Source of the DNA: Eledone cirrhosa | Taxonomy: Eukaryota | Assembly: GCA_964016885.1 (NCBI GenBank) | Contig: OZ024740.1 | Location: forward strand, 34,844,001-34,908,000 | DNA length: 64,000 bases | Direction of reading: 5' to 3' | Position numbers and translations under genes: made by a program | Notes under the pieces: model-generated | Database searches by the model: none | What the model was told of the DNA's origin: nothing | Seen by the model: only the letters and a program-made list of their open reading frames with translations | Shown here: one piece after another, positions 1 through 13,863 of the stretch | Layout: every line of letters starts with the position of its first letter | Numbering within the stretch: position 1 is the stretch's first letter

Positions 1-70
1 TCTAGATAAAGTACTGTGGTAGAGTCTGTCTGTCTCTCTCTATCTCTCTCTAGATAAAGTACTGTGGTAG

Positions 71-101
<31 letters not shown>

Positions 102-260
102 AGATAAAGTACTGTGGTAGTGTCTGTCTCTCTCTCTCAAGATAAAGTCCTGTGGTAGTGTCTGTCTCTCTCTCTCTCTCTCTCTAGATAAAGTACTGTG
201 CTAGTGTCTGTCTGTCTGTCTCTCTCTCTCTCTAGATAAAGTACTGTGGTAGTGTCTGTT

Positions 261-304
<44 letters not shown>

Positions 305-358
305 GATAAAGTACTGTGGTAGTGTATGTCTCTCTCTCTAGATAAAGTACTGTGGTAG

Positions 359-399
<41 letters not shown>

Positions 400-468
400 A
401 GATAAAGTACTGTGGTAGTGTCTGTCTGTCTGACTCTCTCTCTCTCTCTAGGTAAAATATTGTGGTAG

Positions 469-503
<35 letters not shown>

Positions 504-568
504 AGATAAAGTACTGTGGTAGTGTCTGTCTATCTGTCTGTCTCTCTCTAGATAAAGTACTGTGGTAG

Positions 569-599
<31 letters not shown>

Positions 600-628
600 A
601 GATAAAGTACTGTGGTAGTGTCTGTCTG

Positions 629-666
<38 letters not shown>

Positions 667-916
667 GATAAAGTACTGTGGTAGTGTCTGTCTCTCCCTC
701 TCTCTCTCTCTCTCTAGATAAAGTACTGTGGAAGTGTCTGTCTGACTCTCTCTCTCTCTCTAGATAAAGTACTATGGTACTGTCTGTCTGTCTGACTCTC
801 TCTCTCTCTAGATAAAGTACTGTGGTAGTGTCTGTCTGTCTCTCTCTCTAGATAAAGTACTGTGGTAGAGTCTGTCTGTCTCTCTCTATCTCTCTCTAGA
901 TAAAGTACTGTGGTAG

Positions 917-947
<31 letters not shown>

Positions 948-1102
948 AGATAAAGTACTGTGGTAGTGTCTGTCTCTCTCTCTCAAGATAAAGTCCTGTG
1001 GTAGTGTCTGTCTCCCTCTCTCTCTCTAGATAAAGTACTGTGCTAGTGTCTGTCTGTCTGTGTCTCTCTCTCTCTAGATAAAGTACTGTCGTAGTGTCTG
1101 TT

Positions 1103-1158
<56 letters not shown>

Positions 1159-1266
1159 GATAAAGTACTGTGGTAGTGTATGTCTCTCTCTCGAGATAAA
1201 GTACTGTGGTAGTGTCTGTCTGTCTCTCTCTCTCTCACTGTCTCTCTAGATAAAGTACTGTGGTAG

Positions 1267-1307
<41 letters not shown>

Positions 1308-1376
1308 AGATAAAGTACTGTGGTAGTGTCTGTCTGTCTGACTCTCTCTCTCTCTCTAGATAAAATATTGTGGTAG

Positions 1377-1411
<35 letters not shown>

Positions 1412-1894
1412 AGATAAAGTACTGTGGTAGTGTCTGTCGATCTGTCTGTCTCTCTCTAGATAAAGTACTGTGGTAGTGTCTGTCTGTCTCTCTCTCTCTC
1501 TCTCTAGATAAAGTACTGTGGTAGTGTCTGTCTGTCTGTCTCTGTCTCTCCAGATAAAGTACTGTGGTAGTGTCTGTCTGTCTGTCTCTGTCTCTCTAGA
1601 TAAAGTACTGTGGTAGTGTCTCTCTCTCTCACTCTACATAAAGTACTGTGGTAGTGTCTGTCTGTCTGCCTCTCTCTCTCTCTAGATAAAGTACTGTGGT
1701 AGTGTCTGTCTCTCTCTCTCTCTCTCTCTCTAGATAAAGTACTGTGGTAGTGTCTGTCTGTCTTTCTCTCTCTCTCTCTCTAGATAAAGTGCTGTGGTAG
1801 TGTCTGTCTCTCTCTCTCTCTCTAGATAAAGTACTGTGGTAGTGTCTGTCTGTCTGACTCTCTCTCTCTCTCTCTAGATAAAGTACTATGGTAG

Positions 1895-1942
<48 letters not shown>

Positions 1943-1960
1943 GATAAAGTACTGTGGTAG

Positions 1961-2002
<42 letters not shown>

Positions 2003-2088
2003 GATAAAGTACTGTGGTAGTGTCTGTATGTTTCTCTCTCTCTCTCTCTCTTTCTCTCTAGATAAAGAACTGTCGTAGTGTCTGTCTC

Positions 2089-2136
<48 letters not shown>

Positions 2137-2296
2137 GGTAAAGTACTGTGGTAGTGTCTGTCTGTCTGACTCTCTCTCTCTCTAGATAAAGTACTGTGGT
2201 AGTGTCTGTCTGTCTGTCTCTCTCTCTCTAGATAATGTACTGTGGTAGTGTCTGTCTGTCTCTCTCTCTCTCTATCTAGATAAAGTACTGTGGTAG

Positions 2297-2327
<31 letters not shown>

Positions 2328-2393
2328 AGATAAAGTACTGTGGTAGTGTCTGTCTGTCTCTCTCTTTCTCTCTCTAGATAAAGTACTGTGGTA

Positions 2394-2450
<57 letters not shown>

Positions 2451-2516
2451 GATAAAGTACTGTGATAGTGTCTGTCTGTCTCTCTCTGTCTCTCTCTAGA
2501 TAAAGTACTGTGGTAG

Positions 2517-2549
<33 letters not shown>

Positions 2550-2672
2550 AGATAAAGTACTGTGGTAGAGTCTGTCTGTCCCTCTCTCTCTCTCTCTAGA
2601 TAAAGTACTGTGGTAGTGTCTGTCTGTCTCTCTCTCTCTCCCTCTCCCTCTCTAGATAAAGTCCTGTGGTAG

Positions 2673-2707
<35 letters not shown>

Positions 2708-2870
2708 AGATAAAGTACTGTGGTAGTGTCTGTCTGTCTCTCTCTCTCTAGATAAAGTCCTGTGGTAGTGTCTGTCTGTCTCTCTCTCTCTCCCTCTCCC
2801 TCTCTAGATAAAGTCCTGTGATAGTGTCTGTCTGTCTGTCTCTCTCTCTCTAGATAAAGTACTGTGGTAG

Positions 2871-2903
<33 letters not shown>

Positions 2904-3144
2904 AGATAAAGTAGTGTGGTAGTGTCCGTCTCTCTCTCTCTCTAGATAAAGTACTGTGGTAGTGTCTGTCTGTCTCTCTCTCTAGATAAAGTACTGTGGT
3001 AGTGTCTGTCTGTCTCTCTCTCTCTCTCTCTAGATAATGTACTGTGGTAGTGTCTGTCTGTCTCTCTCTCTCTCTAGATAAAGTACTGTGGTAGTGTCTG
3101 TCTGTCTCTCTCTCTCTCTAGATAAAGTACTGTGGTAGTGTCTG

Positions 3145-3196
<52 letters not shown>

Positions 3197-3216
3197 GATA
3201 AAGTCCTGTGGTAGTG

Positions 3217-3280
<64 letters not shown>

Positions 3281-3300
3281 GATAAAGTACTGTGGTAGTG
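1..3300. repeat. Satellite: TAGATAAAGTACTGTGGTAGTGTC core plus variable (TGTC)n(TC)n spacer
   Basis: Dozens of tandem copies of the constant ~24-nt core separated by variable-length TC microsatellite. ORFs here are repeat artefacts. Confidence 0.97.
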
Positions 3301-3324
3301 TCTTTTGCTCCCTCTCTCTCTCTT

Positions 3325-4410
3325 AATCGAATGTCAACCACGATGCTGAGAGTTTTGTAGCCTCCGTCTCGGACGTGTGATCCATACTACACCTGGTGCA
3401 GGTGACCCCCAAAGCGGATGTCCTCACCCTCGAGTCACCCGTCCACCTGTCGGCCATCCACTGCACCATCAGGTCCCTGCTCCAGCAATTGAAGACCCTT
3501 ACGAGCCAACTGGGCATGATTGGCGCCCACCCCGCCCTCTTCCTTTTGAAAAATTGTTTCGCCATGCCGATACTCCTCTATACCCTTCGCAGTGCTCCAT
3601 GATACAGCCACGCATCTCTCCTCGCTGACCCCGAACTCGCTGGCTTTGCCGGCATTTCTCTTGTTGGTAAACTCATGCTGCGTCCTTGTCCACAGGGTTC
3701 TTCTAAACATAATGGAACCCTCTGTGATCGATGAACGTGAGACCGCCTGCGAGACGCGAAACCGGCTGGAACTTAGCCCAGTAGACGTCCTTCCTACTTC
3801 TCCCCATGGTGACGTCAAGTACCACCAGAGTATTTGTGATGCCATTCAGTGCAGCCTGGCCTCAGACAGGCTAACGCGCCCGCTTGACCAGCACCGCCTT
3901 GCTTGTTTTCGTGCGGCCTCACACCACCACAGTGGTGCCTGACTCCATGCCTGGACAACGATAGCTTGTGCATCGGGGTTTCCCTGAGATCTGGCCTCCG
4001 GAACTGCGAGCCACACAAATGTCGCTGTGGATCCATCGTGGACTCTTTCAACCTCCACCCGATTTCTTGTCGCTACAGTGCCGGCCGCCTTGCACACCAT
4101 ACGGCCCTCAACGAGGTCATAAAGCACGGCTTGGATGCTGCAGGCTTCTCCTCCCAGCTCGAGCCGGTGAGGCTGGACCGAGGGGACGCTAAACGTCTAG
4201 ACGGTATTACCATCTTCCCGTTCCGCGGTGGCAAACCCCATGTCTGGGATGCCACTTGAAGCGACACTTTCTGCAGCCGCAACCTGGTACAGTCTGCGAC
4301 TAACCTAGGTTCTGCTGCACTTCGGGCTGAGGAGGGCAAACTCTCCAAGTATCGGTCACTCTCCGACAGCATTGCGGTCGTGCCCTTAGCAGTGGAGACT
4401 TCTGACACAT
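3325..4410 (+). mobile_element. Degenerate CRE-like non-LTR retrotransposon (RT C-terminus, zinc knuckle, restriction-like endonuclease)
   Basis: Broken frames give RAASHHHSGA, CRCGSIVDSFNLHPISC...HTALNEVI and EPVRLDRGDAKRLDGITIFPFRGGKPHVWDAT, a PD-x-D type RLE. Several stops and frameshifts. Confidence 0.75.
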
Positions 4411-4756
4411 TTGTCAAACTTAGGTTTTGTGAAACAATTATACCATAAATTATACAGGCCTCTGACAACCAGAAAAGTAAACGGAAAGCTAATTTAGAAT
4501 GTATGTGATTTTGGCTAAAGACAAAGTGCTCAACACGCTAATCTTTCCATCACTCATGAAGAAGGTGAAGTGACTACATTCAAGCATGAAGATTTAGCTG
4601 TTCTGAAGGTTTGTGGGTTGCTAACGAAAGAAGAAATCTTCGTTGATATTCCTATAACTTAGTCGGAGAAAAAAACGCATTCTTCTGGTGAGGTTCGTTT
4701 AGTTGATGTTCACCTTCAAAAATTGTAGATTTAATGTCCATAAGAAAACCGCGAGC

Positions 4757-4980
4757 AGTGAGTGTAATGTTAATTTAGCAGTGAGTGTGAGCAAAGAGTG
4801 TGAGTGTGAGTTAAATGTAAGTGTGAGAAGTGAGTGTGGGTGTTGAATGAGTGTGAGCTGTGAGTGAGTGTAGTGTCAGTAGTGAGTGTGAGTGTAAGTG
4901 TGAGTGTAAGTGCGAGTGTCAGTGGGATTGTAAGTGTGAGCGTAGTGTGAGAGTGGGCAGTGAGTGTGAGTGTAGTATGT
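4757..4980. repeat. Degenerate (GAGTGT)n low-complexity tract
   Basis: Visible hexamer periodicity. Confidence 0.85.
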
Positions 4981-5219
4981 ATGTATGTTCTTCTGGTTTT
5001 ATAATTTCACAAAGTGTTACCAATAGAGAGAGAGTCGCTAACATAGACACAAGACTCTCTCATTGGAATTTATACAACATCAACTAGGTAGATATGTATG
5101 TATGCATGCATGTGTAGATATGGATGTTATTGTATGTGTGGATGTGGATGTTTTGAGTTGTATGTGTGCATGTGTATATGCTTTGTATCTGTACATGTGT
5201 ATATGCAGTTATTAGATGC

Positions 5220-7380
5220 AACATTTTGGGAATGTTTTACATTTTTTTTTACTGTTCCATTAATGGATTGTACTTGTAGTTTCCTAACTAGTTGTGTTCT
5301 TTCTGTTCCTGTGAAGCCTAGCTTCTCAAGATTTGTATTGAGGCAGTTACTAACATATCCCAGTGCCCCAATAATCACAGGCATAAATCTGAAGGCCTAA
5401 TCAGGGTGGAGTATCTGCAGATTTCTCATCAGTTCTGCATAAATGTTCTCCTTTTCGCTAATCATTGATATTATATTGGAATCTGCGGAGCAGCTAATTT
5501 CCACTACTGTGCATGTTTTCTTCTCCCTGTCCCATATCATAATATCTGGTCTGTTATGCCTGCATTTTATTGGGGTTTTTACTGGAACATTCCACCAGTA
5601 CTCTTTCATATTATGTACATGGATGTCTTCCACATTGCTGTAGCTTTTAATGTGTTTATTATCGGGGCTATATTTTTTACGAACTGCATTGTACAGTGTT
5701 TTGGCCACTATATCATGCCTCATAGGTAGATAGTACCGCGATGACATCTTTGGACAGCTGCTGATGACATGGGTGATATCCTCGATGTTAGTTCTGCAGA
5801 GTCTGCACTTGTTATCACATCTAGGTGTTTTGCCTGCATCCCTATCTCTTTTGTGAATCAGGTATTTCGTGCTAATCTCCTGTTCCTGGATTGCAAAATT
5901 TATCCTTCAAAGTGGGAGCCAATATAGCGGTTGTTGGTCCAAGATAGACTACTTTCCTTATCTATATTACTCTCACTCTGGAGCTTCCTGGAAACAAATC
6001 CATGCATGATTTTTTGCTGATAGGCATTCAGTTTTTCATCCATGGATTCACTGCGATACTGCTGAGCGACATCCCTGGGTGTGAGTTTTTGATTATCACA
6101 CAGGGAATATCTCTCAAGGAGTTCCTTCCCAACTCTCATGATCTTATCTGTTTCATGCAAATAGACTTGCTCGAGAAGCGCGCTCCTACGCTTCGAGGTT
6201 CGTAGATATTGTCGGAGAGATATGATGCGACATTCAAATGTTGTCTGGACTGATTTTAGGCCTCTGCCTCCCTGCTTACGTTTCAAGTAAAGGCGGTCTA
6301 TGTCACTGTTGATGTGGAAGTTTCCGGTGTTGTTCAATATTTTTCGAGTTCCAACATCAACTGCTCGGATTTCGTCTATCGTCCAATTGAGTATTCCAAA
6401 CGTTGGTGTTAGGATAGGCACAGCAAACACATTGTGAGCCACTGTTTTGTTTTGCGCAGAGAGTTCCGATGACCAGATCTTTCTTAATCGGGTGTAGTAT
6501 TCCCTGGTTACGCGTTCTTTATTACAGATACCATTATAGGATATGTTCTCATCTATCCCCAGGTATCTGTAGCAGTCCTCATCAGATATCGGTGAAACAG
6601 TTAGGCCATCATTGATGACAATGTTGCTAGATTGGGTTGTTGTTTTCCCCCGCTTTACAGTCATGTATGAGCATTTATCTTGGCCAAACTCCATTCCTAT
6701 ATCCTTTGAGAACGTTGTAACCAGGTCAAGATTTTTCTTCATCCCATCCATGTTCTTGGCATAGAGTTTCAGATCGTCCACAAAGAAGTTATGGGTTAGG
6801 TTCGTATTTCTGTCCTCCTGTGAGCCAATGGTGTATCCCTCACATTTCTTGAGCAGAAAGGACAAGGGGTTTAATGATAAGATGAACAATATCACAGAGA
6901 GACTGTCTCCTGAAATATACCCCTGCAATATTTTATTTTATCAGTGAAAATAGAGTCCTCCCTCTCTGTCTTTAACCTCCGACATCGCAGTTTTGTTGAT
7001 TAGGAGTTGTTCAGCACATCCCCAAACCCTTTTCTTTCCAGCTGCTTGTTCATCTGTGATGATGCTATTATTTTCAGTGATCTTGGAGGAATAGGTTCAG
7101 GCAGGCTGTATACATCGTATACATCAGGTTCTGGCATGCAATGGGTCGGTAGTCTTTTGCCAAGTGGGTGTCTTTGTTCTTGGGGACCAGTAACGTTTGT
7201 GCTAATGTCAACCATTCTGGTATAAGTGTATCTCCCTTAAGAACTTGTTGGTAGAGGTCAGTAAGATACCTCCGATAGAATATTAATTTTTTGTACCAGT
7301 AGCCGACAATCATGTCTCTTCCTGGTGTTTTCTTATCCTGGAGTTTTCCTATCAGTCTCAAGGGTACCCTCACTTATTTT
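5220..7380 (-). mobile_element. R4/Dong-like RLE LINE remnant (RT plus RLE)
   Basis: ORFs 7074-7373 (PGRD, YRPIAC), 5900-6928 (GDSLS, FVDDLKLY, RLYLKRKQGGRGL), 5397-5747 (RHD, HNRPDIMIWD, VVEISC) and 5127-5384 (PVIIGALG). Frameshifted with deletions. Confidence 0.88.
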
Positions 7381-7684
7381 GTATGTTTTTGTTGTAGTGT
7401 AGGAGCAATAGTTCTTTCGGATTTCTCTTAGCCACACTGCATCTTGGTTTCCGTGAAACTTGTTTTATACAATTTCAGGGTCAACTTCCAGTATTTCCCC
7501 ATTATGCATCCTTTTGGCTGTACTACATTACAGACATGCAAAGGTTACGTTGGGTCACGTTCACTTCAAAATATTTTTTAAAAATCATGTTCACTTAAAA
7601 ATAATTTTTAAATAATTAAAATACACACATACATATATATAATGTGAAATGAAACTGGAAGGCCCATATATATATACGTGTGTG

Positions 7685-8485
7685 TCCACATACTCCCTCC
7701 ACAACACTGATATCAAGAAGTCCTCTTGTGAACGTGACCTGGGCATTACTGTCAGCAGCGATTTGCGTTGGACAAAGCCTGTCTCTAAGATTGTCAAGAA
7801 GGCCGAGGGTGTCTTTGCATCACTCAGCAATACCTTTGTTAGCCGCTCTCCAGCCATCTATTTAAAACTGTATACAGCTATGGTACGACCACACTTGGAA
7901 TTCGCATCATCAGTCTGGAATCCCTATCTTGCTCATAACATTGACCTCCTGGAAACTGTTCAGAGACGTGCAACCAAGCGCATACCCTCCATCAGACACC
8001 TACCATACTCTGAACGCCTTGCTTCCCTGGGCATGGATTCATTGAAGCTCCGACGTCTGGCAATGGACTTGGTAAACACCCACAAAGTTATTAACCATCT
8101 CGCCAACAACAACCCTGAGTACCTTTTTTATCTCCATGTGTCTAACACACGTGGACATGCCTACAAAATCAGAAAACAGCACAGCTCCCATGACTTTCGT
8201 AGACATTTTTTCACGCTTAGAGTTGCTGAAGCATGGAACAAACTGCCTGCATCAGTTGTTAGCTGCCGAGACACTGCATCCTTTAAAACCCCCATGCTTC
8301 CCGAAATACGCCAAAACTACACCTGATGTACCCCTTCAATACACATGTACACATGTGTATATCATAACTCATGCACTGTTCATTTTCCTGACGTTTGTAC
8401 ATTACCCTATGTACTATACATACACTTTTTGATGAGTTGTAATGCACCTGAGCACTGTACACAATATTTCATTATTATTATTATA
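7685..8485 (+). mobile_element. 5'-truncated CR1-type LINE 3' end
   Basis: ERDLGITV, VRPHLEFASSVWNP, VQRRATK, NTRGH, FFTLRVAEAWNKLP, stop at 8326, (ATT)n tail near 8470. Confidence 0.88.
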
Positions 8486-8486
8486 A

Positions 8487-8860
8487 CAGAACAACTCGTC
8501 TAACCCATGCTAGCATGGAAAAATGGACATTAAACAGTGATGATGATCTTACTACAGAAATGATTTACATCATCATCATCATCATCAATGTTTAAATTTT
8601 ATTTTCCATCTTTGCATGGGTTAGACAGTTACCTCATGAAACTAGTGAGGTCAGGTGATCATGTCTTGCTGATGTGGATCTGTATTTTGGCATGGTTTTC
8701 TTGACTGGATGCCCTTCCTAACGCCAATTACCTTGCAGGGTAGACTGAATGTTTTTTTGTCATGTCATCATCCCAACAACCTTACAAGGTGGACTGAGTG
8801 CTTTTTGTCACCAACATGACCACTTTACAGGGTAGACTGGGTGTTTTTGTCATGGCAACA
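8487..8860. mobile_element. Two opposed RTE-type 3' ends with (GAT)n tails
   Basis: aacccatgctagcatgga...gatgatgat on + and its mirror from ~8568 resemble the 3' UTR of the RTE at 29947. Confidence 0.65.
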
Positions 8861-9285
8861 AAGAAAAGATAGCGCAAGAAGAATACGTAAAAATTCATAA
8901 TGGAACGCACCTCACAAATATTTTAACATTTTGAAAGTCACATTTCTTTACACGAAACTACCACTACTCTCCTAATACACATGCGCACACGTATACATAC
9001 TTTGTGTAAAAGAAAGAATGTTGCATAACACGACAATGGACCAAATCAAGATCTTATTTCTGGTTTTCTTTTCTTTTCATTGATTCTCTTTTATTTATTT
9101 ATTATTTGTTTTTAAATGTATTTATTCACTTGTCATATGACTTAGGTTCTACACGGTATTATCACCTTACTTGTCCACAACATATATTTATATTTCATTA
9201 CACAGTATAATTTCACCAATCTACTGCTGCTTAATCAAGTGGGCTAACAGTACATGTTGCTACGATACAATATCCAACTAGCAAT

Positions 9286-9334
9286 ATGGATAATAAAGCT
9301 TTTGATGGATCAGATATTCAAAATGGAAATGCAG
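9286..9334 (+). CDS. ABCB1: Putative first coding exon of ABCB1-like gene (MDNKAFDGSDIQNGNA)
   Basis: ATG at 9286 with an in-frame stop upstream, candidate acceptor cacag at 9205 and donor GCAG|gtaac. The phase-1 end joins exon 28360 in frame (G+TT = Val). No homology evidence for this peptide itself. Confidence 0.5.
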
Positions 9335-9557
9335 GTAACATATATATTTTATATATAAACTTGAAATGCATAGTTACAGAATTAATGATAACAATGATAA
9401 TAATATAGAAAGTAAAGGCGCAGGTGTAAAAGTGTGCTTAAGGAGTTCTCTTTGCAACCACGTGGCTTTGTGTTTAGTTACGCCGCGTGGAACTTTGGAT
9501 AAACCTCTTCTTGTGAGCGAAGTTTCGGAGACGGAAACCGCATTGAAGCCCGATATG

Positions 9558-9597
<40 letters not shown>

Positions 9598-9602
<5 letters not shown>

Positions 9603-9879
9603 ATACTTGGGGAGGGTCATATTGTTGTAATAATATTCCCAGAAATAATAACAGAACACACTCACTGTTTGGTTGGTTTTCGCTTCTGTATCTTTTATAT
9701 CAGTTAATTTATTCGGTCCTCAATGTTAACTATTGACTGACCAACGGTCAAAAATACAGATATAATATAGACACAAACACATAAACATGGTAAACATTGA
9801 GGACCGAATAAATTAACAATATTTGTTTCGACACACGATTTCATATCAAAAACCTCGCAAAACAAATATATATATATAA

Positions 9880-9917
<38 letters not shown>

Positions 9918-10194
9918 ATACTTGGGGAGGGTCATATTGTTGTAATAATATTCCCAGAAATAATAACAGAACACACTCACTGTTTGGTTGGTTTTCGCTT
10001 CTGTATCTTTTATATCAGTTAATTTATTCGGTCCTCAATGTTTACTATTGACTGACCAACGGTCAAAAATACAGATATAATATAGACACAAACACATAAA
10101 CATGGTAAACATTGAGGACCGAATAAATTAACAATATTTGTTTCGACACACGATTTCATATCAAAAACCTCGCAAAACAAATATATATATATAA

Positions 10195-10230
<36 letters not shown>

Positions 10231-10507
10231 ATACTTGGGGAGGGTCATATTGTTGTAATAATATTCCCAGAAATAATAACAGAACACACTCACTGTTTGG
10301 TTGGTTTTCGCTTCTGTATCTTTTATATCAGTTAATTTATTCGGTCCTCAATGTTTACTATTGACTGACCAACGGTCAAAAATACAGATATAATATAGAC
10401 ACAAACACATAAACATGGTAAACATTGAGGACCGAATAAATTAACAATATTTGTTTCGACACACGATTTCATATCAAAAACCTCGCAAAACAAATATATA
10501 TATATAA

Positions 10508-10543
<36 letters not shown>

Positions 10544-10820
10544 ATACTTGGGGAGGGTCATATTGTTGTAATAATATTCCCAGAAATAATAACAGAACAC
10601 ACTCACTGTTTGGTTGGTTTTCGCTTCTGTATCTTTTATATCAGTTAATTTATTCGGTCCTCAATGTTTACTATTGACTGACCAACGGTCAAAAATACAG
10701 ATATAATATAGACACAAACACATAAACATGGTAAACATTGAGGACCGAATAAATTAACAATATTTGTTTCGACACACGATTTCATATCAAAAACCTCGCA
10801 AAACAAATATATATATATAA

Positions 10821-10862
<42 letters not shown>

Positions 10863-11126
10863 ATACTTGGGGAGGGTCATATTGTTGTAATAATATTCCC
10901 AGAAATAATAACAGAACACACTCACTGTTTGGTTGGTTTTCGCTTCTGTATCTTTTATATCAGTTAATTTATTCGGTCCTCAATGTTTACTATTGACTGA
11001 CCAACGGTCAAAAATACAGATATAATATAGACACAAACACATAAACATGGTAAACATTGAGGACCGAATAAATTAACAATATTTGTTTCGACACACGATT
11101 TCATATCAAAAACCTCGCAAAACAAA
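9598..11126. repeat. Five tandem copies of a ~314-bp fold-back unit separated by (TA)n
   Basis: Units start at 9598, 9913, 10226, 10539 and 10858. Internal inverted repeat gttaatttattcggtcctcaatgttta/taaacattgaggaccgaataaattaac. A related single copy lies at ~16895-17095. Confidence 0.95.
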
Positions 11127-11139
11127 TATATATATATAA

Positions 11140-11206
<67 letters not shown>

Positions 11207-11207
<1 letters not shown>

Positions 11208-11827
11208 TAGCAGATGTATCCGGCGTTGCTCGGGAAATGAATGACACCCTGTTTGTCCGTATAAAGAGAGCCAAAGGTTGAACAAAGAATTGAAATGTTA
11301 AAAATTGTAAATAAAAAGTTTAACAAAATGTGTGTACAGTGACATGATTGAGTGAAATAAACGGCAACATAAAAACAATTCATGGGGTAGCTTGAGTTAA
11401 TTGACGTAAATGATTTCAGGTCCGGCCTTGCTGTAGTAGGTATGAGTAAGGGGATAAAGATGGAATAGACGCACCGTATGTCCTTCGGTAGACTAAACCC
11501 TATGCGTAAGATGGCGCTGCCACTACCACGTTGACCATCCACTGGACATAGAAATATCATTCCTTGAAGCAAATCGACCTAGTACTTCAAAAGTTAAAAG
11601 GAGCCTAGTATTTGTACACAGACATATACACACACAAAATCGATTTTTCGGCCCCAATATCGATTTTTTTTTCAAATTTGTTTTTGTCCAAAACCTGCTC
11701 TGGCATATAAGCAACATGTGTGCCAAATTTGGTTGAAATCGGCCTAGTGCTTCAACAGTTAAAAGGAGCCTGGTATTTGTACACAGACAGACACATACAG
11801 AGACCGACTTGCTTTTATATATATAGA
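11207..11827 (-). mobile_element. Non-autonomous Helitron
   Basis: On the minus strand: 5'-TC start, subterminal ccgagcaacgccgg hairpin, CTAG-3' end, inserted between A and T. Same termini as 55194-56159. Confidence 0.75.
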
Positions 11828-11890
11828 TATGTGTGTGTGTGTGTATAATAATAATAAAGTTATACACCTATATATATATATATATATATA

Positions 11891-12043
11891 GGAACGAGTA
11901 GGACCCCGACGGCTGAGCTCAAGCCGTTTCGCCGGCTAATTCTGGACGGGGTCCTACTCGTTCCTATTACCCACTCTACTACCCTAAGTATTGAGTACTT
12001 TGGTGCGTTATGGTCCACCTGGTTCCTTACCACATTTCCTTCG

Positions 12044-12045
<2 letters not shown>
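11891..12045 (+). mobile_element. Mini fold-back PLE end, family A (hammerhead 3' half plus tail) in (TA)n
   Basis: Inverted arms ggaacgagtaggacccc/ggggtcctactcgttcc. The minus arm carries GAAAC-GGC-ttgagctca-GCC-GTC. Other copies at 14322, 20431, 39405 and 42945. Confidence 0.75.
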
Positions 12046-12096
<51 letters not shown>

Positions 12097-12139
12097 CACA
12101 CATATATACATATATCTATACACACACACACACATATCT

Positions 12140-12375
12140 ATCTATCGAGGGCGAGTAAAGTTCCCGGGATCCATGTTCGAGTTCTCTCCAGTGGCCCCTG
12201 TCCCTCATTATCACTGCCATGTCCTGCGTCTCCAACAGACCAGTGTCTGTCCTTAGAGCATCAACATATGTTAATCTCGATCTTCCTCTTCCAGTCTGTC
12301 CATGCAGGGGCTCCCACAGAAGCACTGAGTGCAGTGTCAACTGTGGATATCGATGAGCATGTCCAGCTAACCTCA
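12140..12375 (-). mobile_element. RTE-type LINE 3' fragment
   Basis: VLLWEPLHG..RGRSRLTYVDAL..MRDRGHWR, typical of the RTE C-terminus. Confidence 0.75.
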
Positions 12376-12539
12376 GTACTGCAATCGTTTGTCAGATTAT
12401 AGAGTTTTAGTGCTCTATTAGGCTACGGACAGCCACACGAACCTGTAACATATCCTGAATAAGTAATGCGTTGAAGGTTTTTTAAGTGGGGAAAGCCTAT
12501 ATATAAATACATAAACACATGCAAACACACACACATATG

Positions 12540-12618
<79 letters not shown>

Positions 12619-12683
12619 ATGCATACACATTTTTTTTATACATGGAGTACTAACGTTATTGACCGCACCATACACACACACAC

Positions 12684-12839
<156 letters not shown>

Positions 12840-12860
12840 TTATATATATATATATATATT

Positions 12861-12921
<61 letters not shown>

Positions 12922-12927
12922 ATATAT

Positions 12928-13565
12928 AGGAAAAAATTAGAGATAAGAGGGATCAGATGTTGTTTACTCGAGAGAAGGCTGCGTTGGTATGGACACGTGA
13001 TGCGCATGAAAGTCGATAGCTGTATTACAAAGTGCAGGGCAATAAAGATAGACGGTAGCCACGGAATAGGCAGACCTAGAAAAACATGGGATGAGCTGAT
13101 AAACTCCGACCTCACACACTTACACCTCTCCAAGACAATGTCACTGGACCGTGACCTTTGGCGGTACTCAGTAACAGAGAAGACCCGCCTTGCCAGTAGG
13201 CATCTCTAACAAAATACACCCCGTCCCGCCGCCACCCCCACCCCATCCACACCACCCCGTTCTATGTAAAGTTATGTTGGTGCCGCGCCATCCAGGCCGA
13301 AACAAATGAGATCGTGTAGGTGTCACGACAAAAAAACACACAGTCCACGCTGTAATGTGGCCGTGTAGGCAACACGGTAAAAACCTCCCAGACCCACACT
13401 GTAAATGTGGTTGGTGTTAGGAAGGGCATCCAACTGTAGAAACCTGCCAGACAGTCCTATGCGAGCAAGACAATCACTCTTGCCTCAAGTGGGACTACCC
13501 CCGTCCAAACCCATGCAAGCGTGGAACACGGACGTTAAACGTTGATGATGATGATGATGATGATG

Positions 13566-13567
<2 letters not shown>
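12928..13567 (+). mobile_element. 5'-truncated copy of the RTE family at 29947
   Basis: [19 protein letters not shown] is near-identical to ORF 30453-30767, with the same 3' UTR and (GAT)n tail. Confidence 0.93.
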
Positions 13568-13624
<57 letters not shown>

Positions 13625-13835
13625 TATATAAAGCTTAATATAGAAATAGCTTCAGGACTGCAACTGTTTCATTCAAAAGAAATCACATGTCCATCATCAT
13701 CGTCATCATCATCTTTGCATGGTTTATATATATATATATATATATAGTGCACATTTAGACGGGTACAAAACAGAGAGGCAGACAAATAAAAGTTCATTAG
13801 GATCACGCTCTTGTGAGAGTGTAGGGGGGGGGGGA

Positions 13836-13863
13836 GACGTTTTGGGCATAAGTCCTTCTTCAG
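13836..13863 (-). ncRNA. Degenerate minimal hammerhead
   Basis: CTGAAGA-AGG-acttatg-CCC-AAAAC-GTC. The GAAA motif is mutated and stem I is poor. Confidence 0.4.

Noticed and set aside
1-3300. CRISPR-like repeat-spacer array
   Set aside because: The spacers are only TC/TGTC microsatellite, the context is eukaryotic and there are no cas genes.
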